NCBI GenBank assembly: GCA_016928865.1 | Contig: JAFGJX010000069.1 | Location: 40,151-104,150 of the forward strand | DNA from: Spirochaetota bacterium | GTDB taxonomy: Bacteria; Spirochaetota; UBA4802; UBA5550 | DNA: 64,000 bases | Direction of reading: 5' to 3' | Shown here: in pieces, positions 46,644 to 55,227 of the stretch | How positions within the stretch are numbered: the first letter of the stretch is position 1 | Layout of the letters: each line of letters starts with the position of its first letter | Translations under genes and position numbers: made by a program | Notes under the pieces: model-generated | Told to the model about the DNA's origin: nothing | The model's input: only the letters and a program-made list of their open reading frames with translations | Database searches by the model: none

Positions 46644-48167
46644 TTATCTACCATGGCCAAGGAGCATAACAAAGATAGTTTTAAAAAATATCTTCACATC
46701 CAGTTTCAAAGACCAGTTATCAATATATTCCAGGTCAAGGTCCATCCATTGGTCAAAGCTTAGGTCATTGCGATTGGGCTGTATCTGCCAGATGCAGGTG
46801 ATACCGGGCTTCATGGACAAACGACGTCTGTGCCAGATATTATACTGGGACACCTCACGCCAGAGAGGAGGCCGGGGGCCGATAAGGCTCATTTCACCTT
46901 TGAATATATTGAAAAGCTGGGGTAATTCGTCAAGGCTTGTCTTCCTGAGGATTTTTCCGATAACGGGAATAATACGAGGATCGTTTTTGATTTTAAACGC
47001 GGGCCCGTCCGCCTCATTGAGTTGCTTCAGGCTTTCAAGCTTTTCTTCCGCGTCCTGCACCATGGTCCGGAACTTGTAAACATTGAATTTTCTCCCGTTA
47101 AGACCCACGCGTTCCTGTTTGAATAAAACCGGACCGGTTGAGGCCAGTTTAATCATCAATGAAATTAATGCCAGTATTGGGGAGAGGAGTATCAACATCA
47201 GACCGGAAATTACATAATCGGCAAAAAGCTTAATCAACAGATCACGGTGCCTGGTAGTTGTTGAACTCAAAACCATGGACGGTATGCCGTTTAATTCATC
47301 AAAATACACTTGCGCAACACGGGGTTCATAGAAAAGCGAATGTATGTTCCAGTCCGGGAAGATTCGTACTTTTATCCCCATTAGCTCTATCAGTTGGATA
47401 TATGCCTCTATGTTTTCAATCTGTTGCATTGGCATTGCGAATATGACCTCATCAACTACATTACTAATGATTATTCCCTGAATGTCATCTACAATGCCTA
47501 TTACCTTTACATCGTCTTTTACCCGTTTCCCAATTCGCTCTTTATGAATATCAAGACATCCAATTATATTGAATTGGCCTTTCATTGAATGTAAAAGACT
47601 TATCGCCCCTGCGGCCCGCTCCTTGCTACCAATGATGATGATGTTGATTTTATTATATTCCGATTGCTCGGATTTTTTATAAGACCAGAATATCAGTGAT
47701 TTACTCGCGGTGAGTATTATGATATTTAAAATATAAAAAATACCAATGAATAATCGGCTGAAATCATGTATTTTAAGCACAAAGAGGACAAGGACAAGAA
47801 TGATTATCCCCGCAGTCACAACTTTCACAATGTTGTTTAATAGGTCGCTGAATTTTGGTTTTGATGGAACATCGATAATGATAAAAACAAGTAGTATATA
47901 CCAGATTAAAGCTACAACGAACCCCATAAGTAGATAATTTTGTGTATTGCTCAAGCCGGCATATTTACCAGGTAGCAGGGAAATTTTGATATAAAAAGCG
48001 CCGATGTATGCAAGCAGGCTTAGTGTTACATCCAGAACTCTATTGATCTGGATTAGCAACTGTCGTTTCTGTTGTTTATCAATTAGCAGGCCTTTTTCCT
48101 TCAACGACGGCCTCGATGTGCTTTTCATAATGTGTACTTTATTTGAATCACTTTTTTGAGTATTCAT
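46644..48167 (-). CDS. Polyprenyl-phosphate glycosyl-1-phosphate transferase (WbaP/EpsB-like priming sugar transferase)
   Basis: Four or five N-terminal TM segments and a central Rossmann-like segment. The C-terminal Bac_transf motifs are 'GPVLFKQERVGLNGRKFNVYKFRTM', 'DELPQLFNIFKGEMSLIGPRPP' and 'KPGITCIWQI'. Confidence 0.9.
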   Translation of the reverse strand: MNTQKSDSNKVHIMKSTSRPSLKEKGLLIDKQQKRQLLIQINRVLDVTLSLLAYIGAFYIKISLLPGKYAGLSNTQNYLLMGFVVALIWYILLVFIIIDVPSKPKFSDLLNNIVKVVTAGIIILVLVLFVLKIHDFSRLFIGIFYILNIIILTASKSLIFWSYKKSEQSEYNKINIIIIGSKERAAGAISLLHSMKGQFNIIGCLDIHKERIGKRVKDDVKVIGIVDDIQGIIISNVVDEVIFAMPMQQIENIEAYIQLIELMGIKVRIFPDWNIHSLFYEPRVAQVYFDELNGIPSMVLSSTTTRHRDLLIKLFADYVISGLMLILLSPILALISLMIKLASTGPVLFKQERVGLNGRKFNVYKFRTMVQDAEEKLESLKQLNEADGPAFKIKNDPRIIPVIGKILRKTSLDELPQLFNIFKGEMSLIGPRPPLWREVSQYNIWHRRRLSMKPGITCIWQIQPNRNDLSFDQWMDLDLEYIDNWSLKLDVKIFFKTIFVMLLGHGR

Positions 48168-48731
48168 TTACGATTAGCGCCATTTAGCAAGTAAAAAAAA
48201 TTACTGAATAATTTGCCAAGTAAAAATGTTGTATCAAAATTTGAATAAATATTTTTTATTTTTTGAATAATGCCTGCTGCTAACAACCTGACTTTACAAT
48301 GAACACCCTGATGAAGATAACTTGTTGTGCAATATTTCATATAGTTTTACCCTGAAATGATCAATGACACCGATCCATATACTAGTCATTTAGCACTATA
48401 GCAAAAGCACCATTAATACCGCAACTTCACGGCATGTTGATGTCATGCTATGCTTCATTCAAAAAGAGGCAGGCATGGAACAGAAAAGATGATGGCATGA
48501 TAGTGAATTTGGGGCGCATCATCTCAAGGTATGGGAAGGAAGCGAGTGAAGCAGAATGGAGTATTTCCGGGAGGGCGTTATTTTCTGAATATATAAGAAT
48601 TTTCCATCCAACGTATAAACTCTATTTAGCGTTTCTCTTTGCGCCATAATTAAGCAGCAAGAAACGGTGTCGACTTGGGCTAGATATTATATGAGATAAA
48701 TGTCTGGTATAAAGCATTTGAAAAAAATGAC

Positions 48732-50687
48732 TTATTGACCATCCCATCCCGCTATCCGTGCCAACATCCACCACTGGGCTTTTGCAAGCCTGATGGCACC
48801 TGCAGGTCCAATATGTCCTACTGATTCATCACCAAGATTTGTTGATGTAATGACCGGATACGTGTGCGTTACCCCCGTTGAATCTGTCCATGAAGTGAGG
48901 TTCTGATTGCCATTATCATCATAACATAGTATGTCGGCATAATCAAACAGTATTCTGTCGCTGTTGGCTTCCACAAATTCCCTTATATATTCATGCTTCA
49001 AGTGTCTCTGATATCCACTCTCACCAGTGTAACCATCAACCGGGCCGGTGGTAAAGATGACTGTGGCAGTATAACCGTTAGTCTCGCAATAGTTGCGATA
49101 TGCCTCGGTTGCGTTGAGATATGTATCCATACATACGCTGTTCCCTGTTAGGGCGTAGTCTCCAGAATCAAGCCCCCAGCGGGCATTCCCGTTTGGGCCT
49201 CCTTCGGAAGAGCCTGCCCAACGAACATGATAAACCGGATCTACAGTACCGCCGGGTCCATTTATCCATGTCATGTCCCAGCACCAGCCGAATCCCGTTA
49301 CCATTCTGCCGTAGTTATTGTTGTAGCAATAGGAAAAATGGCCCTTCATTACTTCTCCGCCAGAGGTATTGGCTGCGTACCAAGTATACCATATATCTTC
49401 ACCTACACCCCAGTAAGACCACCATGAATATACATCCCATAGTGCCCGTGAGACTCTCAAGTGTTGATCTGTATATGCTTCTGGCGGTGTCGGATCGTTG
49501 GGACTCGGTGCAGTTATATTGACAGCAAATCTACTGTCCTGTTGTTCTAAAAGATCCAAACCGGTTCGATACGCTTCTGAATGTGATTCTCCCAGAATAT
49601 TGATCCACATCTTTTTTACCTCGTTTATCCACACATTGGGGATGTCGGTATAACTCGCCACTACAGTATGGTCCGCAACAATCTGCGACGCTGCCGAAGC
49701 GTCATGCGTGGTGGCGTTTGCCGCTGTATATCCCGAATTCCCAATGGCATTGTAGGCGCGCACGCGATAGTAGTATGTGGTGCTGGCGGTCAGCCCGGAA
49801 TTGCTGTATGTTGTGGTATTTGCTGACAGCGTGGCGATCTGAGTGAAAACACTGTTATCCGGACTCCGTTGAATAATGAAGCCCGTTTCATTATTTGAAT
49901 TATCGGTCCAGGAGAGGTTGATGCGTGTACTGGATGCCGCGGTGGCGGTAAGTCCGCTCGGCGTGACAGGAATCACGTCATCTGTTGTTGCTGACGAAAT
50001 ATTTGAATATCCTGAATTCCCGGTGGCATTAAAGGCTCGAACGCGATAATAATAGGTCGTGTTTGAATCCAGCCCGGTATTGCTGTACGCGGTACTGTTG
50101 ACAGAGACTGTTGCGATCTGGGTGTAAACGCTGTTATTCAGGCTCCGCTGTATGATGAAGCCTGTTTCATTCGAAGAATTGTCCTCCCAGATGAGGTCTA
50201 TGCGCGAGCTGGACATTTTTGTCGCCACCAGGCTGCCTGGCGTAAAGGGGACTGTTTCGCTGGACTCGCTGGTCGTTGCAGATGCTTCATTGGAATGGTT
50301 TGATTCGCCAAACGCGTTAAAAGCTGTAACGCGATAGTGATAGGTTGTGTCTGAATTAAGTCCCGCATCCGTGTGTATAATTGTCTCCGGGGCAAGATCA
50401 GTTGCAACTTCGGTGAATTCTGCCTCACCGTCGGCCCTGCGTTCGATCCTGAACCCTGTTTCATTGGCGGACGTGTCCTCCCAGGTCAGCTGTATTTCAG
50501 TATAGGAAAGGGCGCTTGCATCTAAATTATCGGGAGCTGTCGGAGCGGTCATGCCGTTCGCTGAAGAGATGCTGAGAAGTGACATCAATTGTTTTGCCGG
50601 GTTATCAGTGGCGAATTCGATATTATTGCATGATGTTAGTGTGATAAAAAAGATTATAATGAGTAATTTAATAACAGTGCTTCTCAT
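48732..50687 (-). CDS. Lipoprotein: 3 x fibronectin type III repeats + C-terminal SGNH-like domain (paralogue 1)
   Basis: Lipobox 'ITLTSC' after the ATG at 50687. Three ~90-aa FN3 units carry 'L.W.D.S.NETGF.I.R' and 'TTY.YRV.AFN'. The C-terminal ~350 aa are shared with 53003-53863 and 56865-57764 and end in 'ARIAGWDGQ'. Confidence 0.75.
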   Translation of the reverse strand: MRSTVIKLLIIIFFITLTSCNNIEFATDNPAKQLMSLLSISSANGMTAPTAPDNLDASALSYTEIQLTWEDTSANETGFRIERRADGEAEFTEVATDLAPETIIHTDAGLNSDTTYHYRVTAFNAFGESNHSNEASATTSESSETVPFTPGSLVATKMSSSRIDLIWEDNSSNETGFIIQRSLNNSVYTQIATVSVNSTAYSNTGLDSNTTYYYRVRAFNATGNSGYSNISSATTDDVIPVTPSGLTATAASSTRINLSWTDNSNNETGFIIQRSPDNSVFTQIATLSANTTTYSNSGLTASTTYYYRVRAYNAIGNSGYTAANATTHDASAASQIVADHTVVASYTDIPNVWINEVKKMWINILGESHSEAYRTGLDLLEQQDSRFAVNITAPSPNDPTPPEAYTDQHLRVSRALWDVYSWWSYWGVGEDIWYTWYAANTSGGEVMKGHFSYCYNNNYGRMVTGFGWCWDMTWINGPGGTVDPVYHVRWAGSSEGGPNGNARWGLDSGDYALTGNSVCMDTYLNATEAYRNYCETNGYTATVIFTTGPVDGYTGESGYQRHLKHEYIREFVEANSDRILFDYADILCYDDNGNQNLTSWTDSTGVTHTYPVITSTNLGDESVGHIGPAGAIRLAKAQWWMLARIAGWDGQ

Positions 50688-51035
50688 GAAAACTCCCCCA
50701 TATTTTCCCGGCCCTTTATTCAACAGATGTAATACTGTTATTTTCAGCAGGGACGTTTTTCCGAAACTGCTCTTATTACACTATTGAAGGCTTTATATTT
50801 TTGGTTAACGATAAAAAGAATGGGTTATATAGCAAGAAAATAATTCATGATTACCGCAGTAAAATATCATTATAGCATAACACGCATTCATTATTTATTG
50901 TAAACCTTATAAAATTATATAAAAATTTCATCATCGGCAACAAAAAGTGTACGATTTTGTAAAAAAAATTATAATTGAAATAAATTGGATATTGTATGCC
51001 AAGAAATCAGGAATTTTAATAATAAAAACTGACTT

Positions 51036-51117
51036 GTTGTGAAACTTTCGTCTCGCGCTCGCGGGTGCCCTGGCAGGGCGTCGTAAGGGGCTTCGCCCTT
51101 TCACACCCAAAAAATAA
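51036..51117. repeat. Dispersed ~80-bp repeat, family 2 (copy 2)
   Basis: 'ttgtgaaactttcgtctcgcgctcgcgggtgccctggcagggcgtcgtaaggggcttcgccc' aligns with 17069-17152. It lies immediately 3' of the nadE-like gene. Confidence 0.6.
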
Positions 51118-52083
51118 TTACAACAGAGCGTGGGGCATCTCCCTCAGATGCGCGGTAGCACGGTTTTTGGCGGTAAAGTCCTTGAAAGATCGTTTGACCG
51201 CCTCAATGGGAAGATCAAGGACTTCTGCTGTTACATCTTCCGATATTTTATTTTCCCATGCATAGAGCAGGTGATCGAGCCTGTCGAACGGGATACGGAA
51301 GAAAAACTCCTGGTCCGTCACCGGCAGGCTGAAGGTGTCAGGGCTGGGGGATCGCTGTATTATTTCCGGGATGACCTGGAGATAATCGGCGATCTGGTAT
51401 ATCTGGTTCTTGTACAGGTATGCTATCGCTTCTATGTCCGTACCGCCGTCCCCATACTTGCAGAAATCGCCCAGTATCATCTCCGTGCGGTTTGTGGTGC
51501 CCGCCACGATCATGTGGCGGCGTTCCGCCTCGTAATAGAGGTGCAGCATTCGCGAACGTATCTTGATGTTCGCGAATGACGTTATCGCGCGGAAGGCGTC
51601 GGCTACAAGGCGCTTCTTTGCGATGGTGCCGTCAGGGAGCTGCACCTGGAGCACGTAAAAGTTGAACGAATCGCGCTCCAGCAGGTCAGTCGGCAGGCTT
51701 ATGTTGTACTTGCAGCCAGGCTCATATTCGGGAATGAGGGATGAAATATACTCATCTCGTTTATTATACCCGCCCACACTGTCAACGGTGGGAGTGATAT
51801 CGACCTCGTGGAATTCAATGCCCAGTTCTTTCGCGTGCTTCGCGGCAAACGAGCTGCTGACCGGGTTGGACTCCTTCTCGGGGAGAATGAGTCCAACGAC
51901 ATGTTCCTTGCCGACCGCCTCCACCGCTATTGCCGCCACCACGGCTGAATCGATGCCTCCGCTCAGGCCCACGACCACGCCGCTCCTGCGATACACGTTT
52001 TTTGCCTGGTCTGCGATAAAATCAGCCACCCGCCTGGTCTCCATGGCGGGATCAATTTTCAAAATATCACTGTTGAATTTCAT
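51118..52083 (-). CDS. nadE: NAD(+) synthase family PP-loop ATP-pyrophosphatase (NadE-like, no glutaminase domain)
   Basis: PP-loop 'VVGLSGGIDSAVVA', 'AGTTNRTEMILGDFCKYGDGG' and 'SPSPDT', characteristic of NadE. It carries an internal insertion relative to short NadE. Its role in this locus may not be NAD synthesis. Confidence 0.8.
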   Translation of the reverse strand: MKFNSDILKIDPAMETRRVADFIADQAKNVYRRSGVVVGLSGGIDSAVVAAIAVEAVGKEHVVGLILPEKESNPVSSSFAAKHAKELGIEFHEVDITPTVDSVGGYNKRDEYISSLIPEYEPGCKYNISLPTDLLERDSFNFYVLQVQLPDGTIAKKRLVADAFRAITSFANIKIRSRMLHLYYEAERRHMIVAGTTNRTEMILGDFCKYGDGGTDIEAIAYLYKNQIYQIADYLQVIPEIIQRSPSPDTFSLPVTDQEFFFRIPFDRLDHLLYAWENKISEDVTAEVLDLPIEAVKRSFKDFTAKNRATAHLREMPHALL

Positions 52084-52448
52084 TTTTTACTCGCTGGATG
52101 ATTTCTGGTTGAAGGGTATAACGTATCGGCTGATAGTAAAAAGCAAGAATTTTTTATAGTGATTGTTTCTGAAATTAATATTTCTATTGCATTCCGGACG
52201 GTAATCTAAGAATTTGGCTTGACGAAAAGCATTAATGTTTTTTAGAACCTATCACGATAGACAAATGAAGCGTCGGAGAAAAGAGCAGAGCGGCCGAGGA
52301 CTTCCTGAATTTTCAGCGTTTTTGTCCGAGTTTCGCCGGCCACGAGTTTTTTCCCCGATGCATGTGAAACTTATGAGGACTGACTATTAGTATCTTCGTT
52401 TGTAAAAAAATAAACTATTGGTGACGCGGCTGATAAGCCTGTTTTGAC

Positions 52449-52477
52449 GTGTCATAACATCCATGATATGTTATAAT
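52449..52477 (+). promoter_or_regulatory. Candidate extended -10 promoter for the ACP gene
   Basis: GTGTCA (52449-52454), a 17-nt spacer ending in TGt, then a perfect TATAAT (52472-52477), 19 nt before the ATG at 52496. Confidence 0.4.
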
Positions 52478-52495
52478 CAAAAACTATAAGCGGGT

Positions 52496-52765
52496 ATGGC
52501 AATGCAAAGTACACAAGAGATAATAATGAATTATATCAATGAGAATTTTATTGCGGGCAGGAGCAGCAAAGTGGAACTGACCCCCGATGTTTCATTATTG
52601 GAAAGCGGGATTGTTGATTCAACAGGCATTCTCGAGCTGGTCCTGTTTATTGAAGAGCAGTTTTCTATAAAAATCGAAGACGAGGAGATAGTGCCTGAGA
52701 ACCTGGACTCAGTGGCGAATCTTCTTGCCTTTTTAGAGAAAAAGAACGTCGCTGTTACCAGATAG
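52496..52765 (+). CDS. Acyl/peptidyl carrier protein (DltC-like)
   Basis: 89 aa. The phosphopantetheine site is 'LLESGIVDSTGILELVLFIEEQF'. Confidence 0.8.
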   Translation: MAMQSTQEIIMNYINENFIAGRSSKVELTPDVSLLESGIVDSTGILELVLFIEEQFSIKIEDEEIVPENLDSVANLLAFLEKKNVAVTR

Positions 52766-52783
52766 ACTTGAGTCTATTGCAAC

Positions 52784-52990
52784 TCCCCACAAGGGAAACC
52801 GCCCCCTCCGGCCTCCCTTCGACAGGCTCAGGGCAACTCGGCCACCTCCCCCGCTCGATGGGGAGGTTTAGTATAACTTTCAGATTGACTATAAAGTTTA
52901 TCTCCTGTACCCCCTCCCTGCGAGCGGGGAGGGGGATAGGGGGTGGAGCGGCTCGTGAACAGGGAATGGATTCAGGGGGATGGGGCGGCT
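52784..52990. repeat. Cluster of family-1 GC-rich hairpin repeats
   Basis: It contains 'cttcgacaggctcagggca', the same core as 36481 and 37972. Hairpins are cctcccc-cgctcgat-ggggagg and ccccctccc-tgcgagc-gggaggggg. It also generates a spurious 87-aa ORF. Confidence 0.7.
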
Positions 52991-53002
52991 TTATTATGAT
53001 TC

Positions 53003-53863
53003 CTACCGTATCCCCGCCAGCTTCGCTATAAACTTATCAGCAACAACCAGTCTTCCCTTTTCATTGAGGTGTCCGCCGTCGGTGGTATAGGCGGGTACCA
53101 TTGAACGGTGCTTCGCCCCGGCCGACTTGCTCAGATATTCTTTACCGTCGGGACTTGTTGATTCATATGCTGCGATATCGAGTATATTTTTTTCATCATA
53201 TTCCTTAATGAGGAGCGCATTGAATTCGTTTCGCTTGATATTTGATGCTACATTCAGATCCGCACGCGTTGCCCTGCCTATGATTTTTTTTATGATGTCT
53301 TTCACCCTTTCTTTGATCCTGAGTCTTTCTGCCTCGGTCGTGAGCGGTACAGTAGCGTGTGGAATTACTGTATTTGGATATTTTTTTACAAGACTGTTCA
53401 TGGCTGTCTTGTAATAGTTGAATACGTCTTTAACGTCCGTATTTTCATCGAAATCAACATAACAAAATTTGAAAAAGGCGATATCTGCCCGGTTCCCAAT
53501 GCCGCTATTCATTGTTGTTACAAATGCGTCGATTTTTGATTTCGGATTGGCGTTCTGACCGTTATTTGAATGAGCAAAAACACCATTTTGAAATGTTGAT
53601 ATGTCAGACGTTTCCTGGATGTTCAATTTGATCTCAGGATTTTTAGACATGAGATCTTTTATACCGTCAATAATGTTGGAACCCACTGACATGTGGCCAA
53701 AGTAGATCTTTTTCAGTGATAATGCTGTCCAGTCTTTTTCAGAAAGAGAGCTTGTCTGCAATGATGATGGCTGCTGATTCATGGTGGTATCCCTGCATCC
53801 TGTTAAAATGATTATTGCTATTAGAAACAAATATATGGTTCGTGCCACAGTGGTGAAATTCAT
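53003..53863 (-). CDS. Lipoprotein with SGNH-like domain (paralogue 2)
   Basis: Lipobox 'IILTGC' after the ATG at 53863. Motifs 'IYFGHMSVGSNI', 'FKFCYVD' and 'TDGGHLNEKGRLVVADKFIAKLAGIR' are collinear with the other two paralogues. Confidence 0.6.
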   Translation of the reverse strand: MNFTTVARTIYLFLIAIIILTGCRDTTMNQQPSSLQTSSLSEKDWTALSLKKIYFGHMSVGSNIIDGIKDLMSKNPEIKLNIQETSDISTFQNGVFAHSNNGQNANPKSKIDAFVTTMNSGIGNRADIAFFKFCYVDFDENTDVKDVFNYYKTAMNSLVKKYPNTVIPHATVPLTTEAERLRIKERVKDIIKKIIGRATRADLNVASNIKRNEFNALLIKEYDEKNILDIAAYESTSPDGKEYLSKSAGAKHRSMVPAYTTDGGHLNEKGRLVVADKFIAKLAGIR

Positions 53864-54108
53864 ATTATCCGTCCTGAATTTTGTGTAATTGAGATGTAAA
53901 ATAATTATAAAATACAGCATCGTCAATAAATTAATTTCGCATATGATTCAGTGATTTATGTATATATAGCTTGAAAAGAATATTGACAAAACAGGCCGTG
54001 TGTAAACAAAGTTTTATAATAATTGAATACTGTTTCTAATACGCATCGAAAGTTGACACCAAAACCTGTGTCGGTGTAATAATCAAAATTTTATTAAAGG
54101 AAAATCTC

Positions 54109-55107
54109 ATGAAATTCTGCTCACGCTGCGTTTTACCGGACACATTTCCGGGGATACAATTCGACGAAAAGCATGTCTGCAACTACTGTTCGGGCGGGTA
54201 TGTGCCAGACGACGACAAGAGACAGGAATATACGAAGAAATTCGAGGATCTGCTCGACAGCGTCAGAGGCAAACATGATTACGATGTCATCATGGCCTAC
54301 AGCGGCGGTAAGGACTCAACCTATACGCTGCATATTCTGGCAAAAAAATACAACATGCGGATCCTGGCTCTTACCTTCGATAACGGCTTTATCTCGCCGC
54401 GGGCGGTACAGAACATCACACATATGACCGACCTGTGCGGGGCCACGAGCATGATCGTGCGGCCGTCGTTCGAGCTTATGAAGCGTGTCTTTGCCGTAGC
54501 GGCGCGCGAGGACTTCTACAGCCCCAAGACCCTGGACCGCGCGAGCTCGATCTGCACCACCTGCATTGGTCATGTCAAGTCGCTGGTGCTCAAGACCGCG
54601 CTCAGTATGAACATACCCCTTGCCGCGTACGGATGGTCGCCGGGCCAGGCGCCCATCACCTCCGCGATCATGCAGACGAGCGCGCGCATGCAGGCGATCA
54701 CGAACAGGACCGTTCGCGACCTGCTCTTCAAGCGCTTCCCGAACGAGCTCACGCCTTTTTTCCTGTCTAATGAAGACATGAAATATCCCGCTGAACGCTG
54801 GCCGATCAACATTCATCCCCTGGCGTTCCTGCCGTATAATGAGAATGAGATTGTGAAGATTATTCAGTCGCTCGGCTGGGTCATGCCCCAGGACACCGAC
54901 CCGAATTCATCGAACTGCACCCTGAACGCGCTTGCGAACCACATCCACCGCGAGAAATTCGGTTTTCACCCCTATGCATGGGAGATCGCTGGCATTGTCC
55001 GGTCAGGCTCCATGGACCGGGAGGAGGGGATCGAAAAGACCAATCAGCCGGAAGATGTGAACATGGTCCGGTATGGAGCGGAACGGCTGGGAATTGAGGT
55101 TAAATAG
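54109..55107 (+). CDS. PP-loop ATPase with N-terminal zinc ribbon (N-acetyl-sugar amidotransferase, WbuX/WbpG-like)
   Basis: 'MKFCSRCVLPDTFPGIQFDEKHVCNYC' (CxxC...CxxC) followed by PP-loop 'IMAYSGGKDSTY'. This is the layout of LPS/CPS amidotransferases. Confidence 0.72.
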   Translation: MKFCSRCVLPDTFPGIQFDEKHVCNYCSGGYVPDDDKRQEYTKKFEDLLDSVRGKHDYDVIMAYSGGKDSTYTLHILAKKYNMRILALTFDNGFISPRAVQNITHMTDLCGATSMIVRPSFELMKRVFAVAAREDFYSPKTLDRASSICTTCIGHVKSLVLKTALSMNIPLAAYGWSPGQAPITSAIMQTSARMQAITNRTVRDLLFKRFPNELTPFFLSNEDMKYPAERWPINIHPLAFLPYNENEIVKIIQSLGWVMPQDTDPNSSNCTLNALANHIHREKFGFHPYAWEIAGIVRSGSMDREEGIEKTNQPEDVNMVRYGAERLGIEVK

Positions 55108-55163
55108 CAATTTATTTGAATATCAGGTAATACCATACGCCATCTTTAAAGAAAGGAGTTTCA

Positions 55164-55192
55164 AGCCCCCCTCCGGGGGGTTTGGGGGGCCT
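55164..55192. repeat. GC-rich hairpin repeat, family 1 (solo copy)
   Basis: 'agcccccctccggggggtttggggggcct' lies between the amidotransferase and ligase genes. Confidence 0.55.
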
Positions 55193-55227
55193 ATAGACAG
55201 GAGATAAGGTATAACAAGGAACAGCTC

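Noticed and set aside
52241-52400. GC-richer patch in the nadE-like/ACP divergent spacer, considered as a third copy of the 45.5-45.76 kb hairpin region or of repeat family 2. All share the 8-mer 'gtgaaact'.
   Set aside because: Beyond the 8-mer I could not align the segments. An 8-mer shared a few times in 64 kb is within chance expectation.
52768-53031. 87-aa ORF 'MSLLQLPTRETAPSGLPSTGSGQLGHLPRS...', and the similar small ORFs at 17069-17260, 51065-51265 and 41982-42185, plus the N-terminal extension 41461-41619.
   Set aside because: They are translations of the GC-rich dispersed repeats, with no RBS, repeat-derived P/G/S/R-rich sequence, and copies that are not in a conserved frame.
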